Below are positions 27,996 through 35,260 of a stretch of 35,260 nucleotides of DNA, piece after piece. Origin of the DNA: a virus (taxonomy: Duplodnaviria > Caudoviricetes); IMG/VR virus record IMGVR_UViG_3300017784_003611, positions 1 to 35,260 of that record; one strand, 5' to 3'. The notes under the pieces were generated by a model, which was not told the origin of the DNA, searched no databases, and worked only from the letters and a program-made list of their open reading frames with translations. A program made the position numbers and the translations under genes. Positions within the stretch are counted from its first letter, which is position 1; each line of letters opens with the position of its first letter.

Positions 27996-28302
27996 ACCAT
28001 TCGTCTGCGTTCCAACTTTTATCGCATATGTATAAATCAAAGTGAGGTTTATGATTCATAATGAGCTTATGATATCTACATCCCCATTCATTTAATTGTT
28101 GTGTAGTTACTTCAGTCCAATCAACACCACTGGTTGCACCACGGGCAGTCCAATAATATATTTCGTGTCCTGTGTCATATAACATATTAATTACAGTAAT
28201 ACGATCTAGTAGTGGAGATGCTTTTAAATAGTCTTTTGTTGTTTTAGGGCGAGCACCATTGTCGGTGCATATTGTCCCGTCTATATCTACATATATTTTC
28301 AT
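27949..28302 (-). CDS. Small HAD phosphatase (EcbF/BcbF capsule-biosynthesis phosphatase-like)
   Basis: YVDIDGTIC, YWTARG, QLNEWG..YHKL, KPHFDLYICDK. Confidence 0.8.
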   Translation of the reverse strand: MKIYVDIDGTICTDNGARPKTTKDYLKASPLLDRITVINMLYDTGHEIYYWTARGATSGVDWTEVTTQQLNEWGCRYHKLIMNHKPHFDLYICDKSWNADEWFTRNLYEQIALNEKN

Positions 28303-28304
28303 GT

Positions 28305-28318
28305 CATAAATATTTATG
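28305..28318. promoter_or_regulatory. Second perfect palindrome CATAAATATTTATG; candidate bidirectional late promoter
   Basis: Same sequence and same CAT-NN-palindrome spacing as 23326..23339, again at a divergent junction. Confidence 0.7.
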
Positions 28319-28344
28319 TTAGTAGTTAATAAAGGAATTCCATT

Positions 28345-28920
28345 ATGGTTAAAACATTAATATTTGATTTGGATGGCACACTAGTGGACTGTAAGAAATT
28401 ACATCAAGATGGATTCCGTTGGGCGGTAACAACACAAATACCCAACATCGAATACACAGATCACGAAGTAGAAGGAAAGCCTACTACTGAAAAGATAAAG
28501 TATCTTAGAAACAAAGGTTATCAATTAAACGATAATGTAGATGATTTAAAGAAAGAACATACTAGGGCGCATATACATGAATATGTGAAATATAATAAAG
28601 AACTCGCAGAACAGTTCGATCGTTTATATAATAAGTATAAGTTATGCATTGCAAGTAACAGTAGAAGTGAATTTGTTTTTAGATGCATGAACATACTGCA
28701 GCTATGGCAATTTGAATGTGTGTACACTAGAGATTATGGTGTTGCTAAACCCAATCCTTGGATGTATAATGAGTGTATGAGAATAACGAATAGTAAACCC
28801 AGTGATACTATAATTTTTGAAGATAGTCCATTGGGAATTGAAGGTGCGCTACTAACAGGCGCAACTGTTGTAGCAGTTAAAGATAGCAAAGATTTAATAG
28901 AGAAACTATATGAGCTTTAA
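28345..28920 (+). CDS. HAD-superfamily phosphatase (subfamily IA, beta-PGM-like)
   Basis: IFDLDGTLVD, IASNS, KPNPWMY, IFEDSPLG; AAAGGA RBS. Confidence 0.87.
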   Translation: MVKTLIFDLDGTLVDCKKLHQDGFRWAVTTQIPNIEYTDHEVEGKPTTEKIKYLRNKGYQLNDNVDDLKKEHTRAHIHEYVKYNKELAEQFDRLYNKYKLCIASNSRSEFVFRCMNILQLWQFECVYTRDYGVAKPNPWMYNECMRITNSKPSDTIIFEDSPLGIEGALLTGATVVAVKDSKDLIEKLYEL

Positions 28921-29608
28921 ACTTATTATGCCAATGGCAGGGAACGGTTCTCGTTTTACCACTGCGGGCTATACTGACCCAAAGCCTTTAATTGACGTTA
29001 AAGGCAAACCAATGTTTGTTAGATCAATTGATGATATTAATTTAACATTTGATGACATGATCTTTATTATACGTAAAGAACACAACATCAAAGATAGAGT
29101 ATTAGAACATTACCCCACAGCAAAAGTTATTGAACTTGAACATTTAACTAAAGGTGCAGCCTGTAGTGTATTAACTGCAGACCAATACCTTGATCTTGAT
29201 GATTCAGTTTTTATCAGTAACTGTGATCAGATTATTAAATGGGACACTGACGAATTTGATAAACTACGACACAACGATGGCGTTATACTTACATTTGATT
29301 GTCCCGAGCGTGATCCTAAATGGAGTTTTGCACAAACAGATGATACTGGTAATGTAATACGTGTTAAGGAAAAAGATCCTATTAGCAGCGAAGCAACGAC
29401 TGGTCATTATTATTGGCGGCGTTGGCAAATGTTTAAACACAGTGCAGCGCAAATGATTGCAGCCGACGATAGATATAATAACGAATTTTATCTTGCTCCA
29501 GCATATAATTATACAATTGCCATTGGCGGCACAGTTAAAACAGTTAAAGTAAATCATATGCAAGGAATAGGTACTCCAGAGGATTTAAATTTATGGCTAA
29601 ATTCATAG
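28910..29608 (+). CDS. Nucleotidyltransferase / GT-A fold protein (dTDP-glucose pyrophosphorylase-like; BcbG/KfoE-like)
   Basis: MPMAGNGSRF...PKPLIDV, TKGAACS, NCDQ, EKDPIS, NEFYLAPAYN, GTPEDL. Confidence 0.83.
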   Translation: MSFKLIMPMAGNGSRFTTAGYTDPKPLIDVKGKPMFVRSIDDINLTFDDMIFIIRKEHNIKDRVLEHYPTAKVIELEHLTKGAACSVLTADQYLDLDDSVFISNCDQIIKWDTDEFDKLRHNDGVILTFDCPERDPKWSFAQTDDTGNVIRVKEKDPISSEATTGHYYWRRWQMFKHSAAQMIAADDRYNNEFYLAPAYNYTIAIGGTVKTVKVNHMQGIGTPEDLNLWLNS

Positions 29609-30021
29609 CACACAGAGGAAACGTAGACGGCGTCAGCCTAGCGTATGAAAACGATGACGCATACTTAAAACATGCATACAGCTTAGGGTATGATGTAGAG
29701 TGTGATCTAATCGCACATCGTGGCACACTATACTACGGACATGATGAACCACAACTGGCTGCAGACCCGGCGTTCTTACAACAGCAAGGTGTGTGGTGTC
29801 ATGCTAAAAATTTAGAAGCATTGGTACAGTTATTGAAAATGAGAACCAATTGCTTTTGGCATGAAACAGATAAACTTACGATAACAACACTGGGTCATCT
29901 CTGGTGCTACCCTAATACATTTATCGATCATCCTAGAGCAGTTTGGCTAGACTTAATCGACGCAGTAATACCCAGTACAATACCAAACATATATGGCATA
30001 TGCGGGGACACAGTGAGATGA
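29593..30021 (+). CDS. PLC-like / glycerophosphodiester phosphodiesterase-like protein
   Basis: IAHRGN, EN, DVECD, GHD, WCHAKN, FWHETD, WCYP, GICGD. Confidence 0.75.
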   Translation: MAKFIAHRGNVDGVSLAYENDDAYLKHAYSLGYDVECDLIAHRGTLYYGHDEPQLAADPAFLQQQGVWCHAKNLEALVQLLKMRTNCFWHETDKLTITTLGHLWCYPNTFIDHPRAVWLDLIDAVIPSTIPNIYGICGDTVR

Positions 30022-31520
30022 TAGTATGGGGATGGACGGGCATGAGCCATGACGCAAGTCTAGCTGTGTTCTCTGATACCGATAACAAGCTAACACTATT
30101 GTGGGCAGCACATAGTGAACGCTACAGCAAAATTAAAAACGATAAAAACCTACACGCTGATCTGATTGCTGAAGCACTTGCATATGGTAGACCCGAACGA
30201 GTATATTACTATGAACAGCCGCTATTAAAGAAAACTAGACAGTTTGCAGCTAAACAGTACAATGTACTTGGCAAGGAATCACCTACTACATATATGCGTA
30301 GATACTGTTTATATGCGCCTAAATCAACTAGCACTAGTCATCATTTAAGCCATGCAGCAGCAGGGTATTACACCAGCAAATTCGATAATGCAGCTATCCT
30401 TGTTATTGATAGCATAGGTGAATGGGATACGTTAACTATATGGGACGCATCGGGTAACAAGCTAAAGCGTAAGTTTACGCAGCGTTATCCAGACAGTGTG
30501 GGCATATGGTACAGTGCAATGACACAGCGCATAGGACTAAAACCACAAGAGCATGAATATATCCTTATGGGTATGGCAGCAGTGGGCGACCCCAATAGAC
30601 TGTATAATCGTATTAAACGTGATTTTATACTTAAAATGCCTGACACTTATGATACAGCAATATTCTTTAAACGTGACTGCCATCGTGGCTGCCGAGACTG
30701 GGCGCCAGAGTTAACAAGCGTACAAGACTATGCAGACATTGCAGCAGCAACACAACGTATATACGAAGAAATATTTGATCGTTTAGTTCACATGACACGC
30801 ATATCTTCTAAAAGTGATAACCTTGTGCTAATGGGCGGGTGTGCGCTTAATTGTTTAGCTAATACACTAGCGTATAAGTACTTTAATAACGTATGGATTA
30901 TGCCCAATCCAGGTGATGCGGGCAGTGCAATAGGTTGTGTACTTGCACATTATAAGCAGCACATCGAGTTCGATAGTGCATTTTTAGGACACAACATAGA
31001 GGGAGAATATCCAATTGATACAATTATACAAGAACTGGTCGAAAAGAAAATTACAGCAGTTGCCGCAGGACGGGCGGAGTTTGGTCCTCGTGCTTTGGGT
31101 AATCGCAGTATTCTTGCTGATGCTAGGGGTCCTGATGTTAAGGACAGGGTAAACACTATAAAGCAACGCGAAGCATTTAGACCGTTTGCTCCTATGATAC
31201 TAGAGGAATATGCACACGATTACTTTGATATGCCCGACAACTTAATTAGCACGCCATATATGCAGTTTGTTGTTAAGTGTAAATACCCAGAGCTGTTCCC
31301 TGCTATAACGCATTACGATGGCACAAGTCGTGTGCAAACAGTAGCTAAAGGCGATGGCCCTGTCAGACAGTTATTAGAACAATGGTACGAGCTAACTGGT
31401 TCTCCTATGCTACTTAATACCAGCTTAAATATTAAAGGTGAGCCTCTTGTAAATACAAGAGCTGATGCAGAGCGTTGGTCAACTATATATGGAGTAAACG
31501 TATGTTTGCCAAAATTATAA
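30018..31520 (+). CDS. O-carbamoyltransferase (NodU/CmcH/TobZ family)
   Basis: HDAS, ERYSKIKND, HHLSHAA, GGCALN, PGDAG, EFGPRALGNRS, FRPFAP, DGTSRVQ, LNTSLN. Start at ATG 30018 (ATGA overlap). Confidence 0.92.
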   Translation: MIVWGWTGMSHDASLAVFSDTDNKLTLLWAAHSERYSKIKNDKNLHADLIAEALAYGRPERVYYYEQPLLKKTRQFAAKQYNVLGKESPTTYMRRYCLYAPKSTSTSHHLSHAAAGYYTSKFDNAAILVIDSIGEWDTLTIWDASGNKLKRKFTQRYPDSVGIWYSAMTQRIGLKPQEHEYILMGMAAVGDPNRLYNRIKRDFILKMPDTYDTAIFFKRDCHRGCRDWAPELTSVQDYADIAAATQRIYEEIFDRLVHMTRISSKSDNLVLMGGCALNCLANTLAYKYFNNVWIMPNPGDAGSAIGCVLAHYKQHIEFDSAFLGHNIEGEYPIDTIIQELVEKKITAVAAGRAEFGPRALGNRSILADARGPDVKDRVNTIKQREAFRPFAPMILEEYAHDYFDMPDNLISTPYMQFVVKCKYPELFPAITHYDGTSRVQTVAKGDGPVRQLLEQWYELTGSPMLLNTSLNIKGEPLVNTRADAERWSTIYGVNVCLPKL

Positions 31521-31618
31521 AATTCATTTTAACACCTTGGACTAGATATCAAGAACGTAAGCGTTTCAAAAAGCGTTTAGCAGAATTGCGTAAGCGTGAT
31601 CCATTCATATATGAATAA
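31502..31618 (+). CDS. 38-aa basic micro-protein ending in DPFIYE (absent from the ORF track)
   Basis: MFAKIIKFILTPWTRYQERKRFKKRLAELRKRDPFIYE*; overlaps the carbamoyltransferase stop, has GGAG upstream and fills the otherwise empty gap. Confidence 0.65.
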   Translation: MFAKIIKFILTPWTRYQERKRFKKRLAELRKRDPFIYE

Positions 31619-31635
31619 TTTAAGGAGTTAATTTA

Positions 31636-31986
31636 ATGGACCTATTAATTGGAATGGCACTATCATATCACTCAGGATTTGAAAATGAATACAACGGCAT
31701 TCATCCTCATGTCAGATTACAGCATGAACATTTTATTACAGGCGTTTATTACAACAGTGAAAGCACAGTAAGTGCTTATGCTGGCGTTGAATATAACTTG
31801 AATAACTTCTACGTAGAAGGCGGCGCTGTTACAGGATATACCACAGCACCCGTAATACCGTTTGCTAGAATGGGTTATAAGTTTAACGACATATCTGTTT
31901 TCATTGCCCCCAGCGAAGAAACAATAAACGGCACTACCGAGATACACCCTGTCTTAGGCATTGAGCTTATGAAAAAAGTATTCTAG
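31636..31986 (+). CDS. Small beta-strand-rich protein, outer-membrane beta-barrel-like
   Basis: AAGGAG RBS at 31622; alternating amphipathic strands (TGVYYNS, SAYAGVEY, YVEGGAVTGY, ARMGYKF); terminal Phe. No clear signal peptide. Confidence 0.5.
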   Translation: MDLLIGMALSYHSGFENEYNGIHPHVRLQHEHFITGVYYNSESTVSAYAGVEYNLNNFYVEGGAVTGYTTAPVIPFARMGYKFNDISVFIAPSEETINGTTEIHPVLGIELMKKVF

Positions 31987-32012
31987 ACAACAGCCGAAAG
32001 ATGTGTTATACT
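31984..32012 (+). promoter_or_regulatory. Sigma70-type promoter with extended -10
   Basis: TAGACA (31984-31989), 17-nt spacer, TG-n-TATACT (-10 at 32007-32012), then GGAG RBS (32027-32030) and ATG 32036. Confidence 0.72.
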
Positions 32013-32035
32013 AAAAATTAAATTATGGAGAAATT

Positions 32036-32752
32036 ATGTTAGACGTAATTCAAATTAGTTATTTTGAAGAAACTGCGGATGAAAACTTTGAAATACTCAA
32101 ATACAGTGCGCCACATGCAAAACGAGTGCAAGGTGTTAAAGGTATCTTTAATGCACACAAAGCTGCAGCAGAAATAGCAGAAACCAGTCACTTTTATGTT
32201 ATTGATGCTGATGCTATACTAGAAGAAGACTTTGGGTTTAACTTTAGACCCGACACTCGTAAACTTGAATATGGACACGTACCAGAGACTGATTGTGTTT
32301 ATGTATGGCGCAGTCGCAATCCTGTTAACGACTTAGTATATGGTTATGGTGGTGCTAAACTATTCCCACGCAGCTCAATGCTCAGAGCTAAAAAATGGAA
32401 TGTGGATATGACAACTACAATTGGTTGTCCGTTTGTTCCTAAATTTCAAATTAGTAATATTACAGCATTTAATACCAATCCTTTTGAAACTTGGAAAAGT
32501 TCGTTTAGGGAATGTGCTAAACTAGCCAGCAGTATTATTCCTAACGGTGATAATATTGATAATGAATATCGTTTAGATATTTGGTGCAGTCGTGGTAAAG
32601 ACAGACCATTTGGTGAATATTGTATTATGGGTGCTAACCAAGGTAAAGAGTTTGGTATGCATTATCGTAACGATATAAAATCACTCAGAAAGATTAACGA
32701 CTTTGATTGGTTACGTACACAGTTTGATCGGGCAGTGGATGATGAAGTATGA
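32036..32752 (+). CDS. Putative GT-A fold glycosyltransferase-like protein
   Basis: ISY.E..ADENF, RVQGVKGIFNAHKAAA, FYVIDADA (DxD after a hydrophobic strand), NPVNDLVYGYGG.KLFP, FRECAKL. Confidence 0.6.
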   Translation: MLDVIQISYFEETADENFEILKYSAPHAKRVQGVKGIFNAHKAAAEIAETSHFYVIDADAILEEDFGFNFRPDTRKLEYGHVPETDCVYVWRSRNPVNDLVYGYGGAKLFPRSSMLRAKKWNVDMTTTIGCPFVPKFQISNITAFNTNPFETWKSSFRECAKLASSIIPNGDNIDNEYRLDIWCSRGKDRPFGEYCIMGANQGKEFGMHYRNDIKSLRKINDFDWLRTQFDRAVDDEV

Positions 32753-33663
32753 AAACGTTTGAATTATTAGATAGATTTGAATTACTATATTCAAAGAATA
32801 AAGATTTAGCAGACCTACGCAGAGCTTATATAGATAAAGACATTAGTAGTATATTTAGATTGTTGCCTGCAAAGATTAAAGGTAATATCGATGATCTTAG
32901 AAAATCAGTATTAGAACAAAACTTACACAGTATATTTAGATTAGTAGACGATGATGAGCTACGCAAACTTGTTTTAGAAGATAATATTTGGAAGTTATGG
33001 CCTGTATTAGATCGTTATGTTGATACACAGTTTGTAGCAGCATTTAAAAGTTTACATATAACCGAAACAAAGATAGTAGAAGATTCTTTTAGCAGAGGAC
33101 AGCTACAAAGTAAACTATGGCTTATAAAAGAACTTAAAAAACTTAATCTTGAATTAGGTACAGTATTTTTATGTGCGGGATGGTATGCTATACTTGCTAC
33201 TATGATGTTTGAATCTAATCTTAGAGTGGGTAAAATTAGAAGTTTTGATATAGATCCCGACTGTCAAGATATTGCTGAAATATTCAACAAACCATGGTTT
33301 ATGCAACAATGGCGATTCAAAGCAATTACACAAGATATTATGGCGATTGATTATAACGAACATACTTGGAGTTGTTGGAGTACAGCTAATATTAGAATGA
33401 GCTATCCAATAACAGAAGCACCAGATACTATTATTAATACAAGCTGTGAACATATTGATCCGTTTGATGAATGGTATAATAAAATACCGCCAGGTAAGCT
33501 ATTAGTATTACAAGCTAACAATTTTGTTGAAGTTGATGAACATGTAAATACGTATAATACATTAGATGAATTTAGTGCAAATGTTCCAATGACACAAACA
33601 CTATATACGGGTGAACTTAAATTAACAAAGTATACAAGGTATATGAAAATTGGATTTAAGTAA
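32749..33663 (+). CDS. Class I SAM-dependent methyltransferase-like protein with N-terminal helical repeats
   Basis: GQLQSKLWL, VFLCAGWYAIL, IRSFDIDP, IINTSCEH, LVLQANN. Confidence 0.65.
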   Translation: MKTFELLDRFELLYSKNKDLADLRRAYIDKDISSIFRLLPAKIKGNIDDLRKSVLEQNLHSIFRLVDDDELRKLVLEDNIWKLWPVLDRYVDTQFVAAFKSLHITETKIVEDSFSRGQLQSKLWLIKELKKLNLELGTVFLCAGWYAILATMMFESNLRVGKIRSFDIDPDCQDIAEIFNKPWFMQQWRFKAITQDIMAIDYNEHTWSCWSTANIRMSYPITEAPDTIINTSCEHIDPFDEWYNKIPPGKLLVLQANNFVEVDEHVNTYNTLDEFSANVPMTQTLYTGELKLTKYTRYMKIGFK

Positions 33664-33874
33664 GTTATCTCTTAGAGAACTGCAAACAGAATCAGCTAGA
33701 GCACTGACCGCTATAGAAGCTACTAATAATAACATTTGGCAGTTTAATCAAGCAGCACATCACGACAGTCATAAATGGTATCGAACTGTTATTGAATGGT
33801 ATGTAAAGGAATACGGCGACTTGCCTAGCTTAACAGGTCCAGGTCAACACGTAAAACTAATATTGGAAGAATAA
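33650..33874 (+). CDS. Hypothetical protein (74 aa, TTG start)
   Basis: Overlaps both neighbours in the operon's coupling pattern; no recognised motif. Confidence 0.6.
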   Translation: MDLSKLSLRELQTESARALTAIEATNNNIWQFNQAAHHDSHKWYRTVIEWYVKEYGDLPSLTGPGQHVKLILEE

Positions 33875-34206
33875 TGAAACCGTTTAAAGATAATTTAAAA
33901 ATATACTTGTATAAAAATGACAAGGTTAAACTAACTGTACGTATGAGTGATAACTGTGCAAGAGAATATCATTTTAGTATACAGGCCTTTGAAATACTAT
34001 TACAAGAATGGAATGCACCCGCTTGGTTAAACGTTACTGCAATGTATAACACTGACATTGTTGTAGAAGATAAAGGCAATTATATTAAGTTTACCTCATA
34101 CAAAGATGGACTTATAATGCATCATAGAATTACATTTGATGACATGAAGGCTCTTGCTTTAGAATATACTAGACAATTAAACAACAGGATGCACTGGGAT
34201 GTATAG
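33874..34206 (+). CDS. Hypothetical protein (110 aa)
   Basis: TAATG-coupled ORF; no recognised motif. Confidence 0.6.
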   Translation: MKPFKDNLKIYLYKNDKVKLTVRMSDNCAREYHFSIQAFEILLQEWNAPAWLNVTAMYNTDIVVEDKGNYIKFTSYKDGLIMHHRITFDDMKALALEYTRQLNNRMHWDV

Positions 34207-35260
34207 TTATGATGAAATAACTACAGTTCATTTAGAAGTAACACAGCGTTGCCAAGCCTCATGTCCTATGTGTGATCGTAATGAAAACGGCGGCGTAGAC
34301 AATAAGCATATTACTAATGCTGAATTAACAATGGACGATTGTAAACAGATATTCAAACCAGAGTTTATTCGTCAACTTAAAACAATGTATATGTGTGGTA
34401 ACTTAGGTGATCCCATTATGGCTAGAGATACGCTAGAAATATTTAATTACTTTAGAGAACACAATCCAACAATGTGGCTTAGTATGAATACTAATGCGGG
34501 TGCTAAGAACAGCACCTGGTGGTATGCGCTAGCTAAAACTTTTGGACGTAACGGCGCAGTTATATTCAGCATTGACGGATTAGCAGATACCAATCACATG
34601 TATCGACAGGGCGTTAATTGGAATAATGTTTATCGTAATGCCAAAGCATTTATTGCTGCAGGCGGTAGAGCTCGCTGGGATTATTTAATATTCCAACACA
34701 ATGAACATCAAGTTGATGAAGCTGAAGAACTAAGTCAGACCATGGGCTTTGAGCGTTTTCAAAAAAAGAAAAGCAGTAGATTTATTACAGCTAATAGTAT
34801 TAGTAAAGATGCACATCAAGCTAAGAACCGCAAGGGCGAAAATACTGCAGTTATCGCAAAGCCCGAACAAGAGTCAAATCAAAATACTGCGCTAGCTAAA
34901 CAGTCAGAGATTGAAAAGACCTACGGATCAATGCGTGAGTATTATGATAGCAGCACAATTAAATGTAAAGTAGCAGAAGAAAAAAACATATTCATTACAG
35001 CAGAGGGATTGTTAATGCCCTGTTGTTGGACCGCCGGACGCATGTATAAGTGGTGGCACGAGGATTACAGAGTAGAACAAATATGGGATCACATTGATGC
35101 AGCGGGCGGCAAAACAGCAATTAACGCAATAACTCTTGGACTTGAGTCTGTAATGCAAGGACAGTTGCTTAGTAGTATACAATCAAGTTGGAATAAATCT
35201 AGTTTAAAAGAGGGCAAGCTGGGTGTGTGTGCTATGAAGTGCGGCAGCGAATTTGATCCG
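34199..35260 (+). CDS. Radical SAM protein with C-terminal SPASM/twitch-like domain, 3'-truncated (absent from the ORF track)
   Basis: Hand translation is open to the window end: MYSYDEITTVHLEVTQRCQASCPMC; MCGNLGDP; NTNAG; FSIDGL..TNHMYRQ; IKCK...LMPCCW...CAMKC. Confidence 0.88.
   Translation, partial: MYSYDEITTVHLEVTQRCQASCPMCDRNENGGVDNKHITNAELTMDDCKQIFKPEFIRQLKTMYMCGNLGDPIMARDTLEIFNYFREHNPTMWLSMNTNAGAKNSTWWYALAKTFGRNGAVIFSIDGLADTNHMYRQGVNWNNVYRNAKAFIAAGGRARWDYLIFQHNEHQVDEAEELSQTMGFERFQKKKSSRFITANSISKDAHQAKNRKGENTAVIAKPEQESNQNTALAKQSEIEKTYGSMREYYDSSTIKCKVAEEKNIFITAEGLLMPCCWTAGRMYKWWHEDYRVEQIWDHIDAAGGKTAINAITLGLESVMQGQLLSSIQSSWNKSSLKEGKLGVCAMKCGSEFDP

Noticed and set aside
868-30017. Longer upstream starts given by the ORF track (868, 8540, 10773, 18464, 19754, 23337, 23377, 24238, 29943)
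   Set aside because: They create long overlaps, use non-ATG starts or cross the promoter palindrome. Downstream ATGs fit the window's coupling pattern and domain starts.
12029-31520. Ordinary bacterial O-antigen or capsule locus
   Set aside because: No flippase, polymerase, chain-length regulator, Kps/ABC exporter or initiating phosphoglycosyltransferase is present, and T4-late-like motifs are. Not fully excluded without the flanking sequence.
29593-31520. Apparently higher GC in the phosphodiesterase and carbamoyltransferase genes as a sign of recent transfer
   Set aside because: Judged by eye only and may reflect Gly/Ala/Arg-rich conserved protein sequence; it needs a GC3/codon-usage calculation.
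761-31947. About 20 short opposite-strand ORFs in the track (e.g. 761..949, 2681..2899, 5204..5593, 11459..11815, 20170..20496, 22540..22875, 29264..29563, 30950..31156)
   Set aside because: They lie antisense to motif-bearing genes and have no recognisable motifs; treated as shadow ORFs.
1-35260. Stop-codon reassignment, as in some large phages
   Set aside because: The standard code yields full-length domains at near-complete coding density, and TAA, TGA and TAG all end genes at sensible positions.
1-35260. CRISPR array, tRNA/rRNA, IS element, intron or intein
   Set aside because: Intergenic gaps are at most about 55 nt, and no repeat-spacer periodicity, transposase/integrase or homing-endonuclease/intein motifs were seen.

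Overview
AT-rich, very gene-dense 35 kb segment with about 35 CDS. Most are on the + strand and many are translationally coupled by ATGA/TAATG overlaps. It most likely comes from a large T4-like/jumbo bacteriophage genome. This is an inference from T4-late-promoter-like ATAAATA motifs, the gene families and the gene packing; no structural or replication hallmark gene is inside the window. Positions 1-10.8 kb hold an uninterrupted array of eight radical-SAM genes: five with an N-terminal twitch/SPASM-like Fe-S domain, one truncated relative, one cobalamin-binding and one with a C-terminal Cys-rich domain. Positions 10.8-31.6 kb are a nucleotide-sugar biosynthesis and tailoring island. It encodes a GT10-like protein, a sulfotransferase-like::UDP-glucose dehydrogenase fusion, a sugar C-methyltransferase, an Stf0-like::methyltransferase fusion, an Fcl-like enzyme lacking its catalytic Tyr, a DegT aminotransferase fusion, an SDR and a cupin. 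It also encodes a ketose-phosphate module (Rpe-like, SIS, NTase-kinase, two HADs, NTase, GDPD-like), an O-carbamoyltransferase with an unannotated 'DPFIY' micro-peptide, and a four-member family of unknown proteins. Both divergent junctions carry the same perfect 14-bp palindrome CATAAATATTTATG, a candidate bidirectional late promoter. After a textbook sigma70 promoter at about 32.0 kb come a GT-A-like gene, a methyltransferase and a ninth radical-SAM gene that runs off the window. Best candidate for a new system: a late-expressed, phage-encoded, radical-SAM-rich glycan-building and hypermodification pathway. All functional calls come from motif recognition only; no database searches were run.
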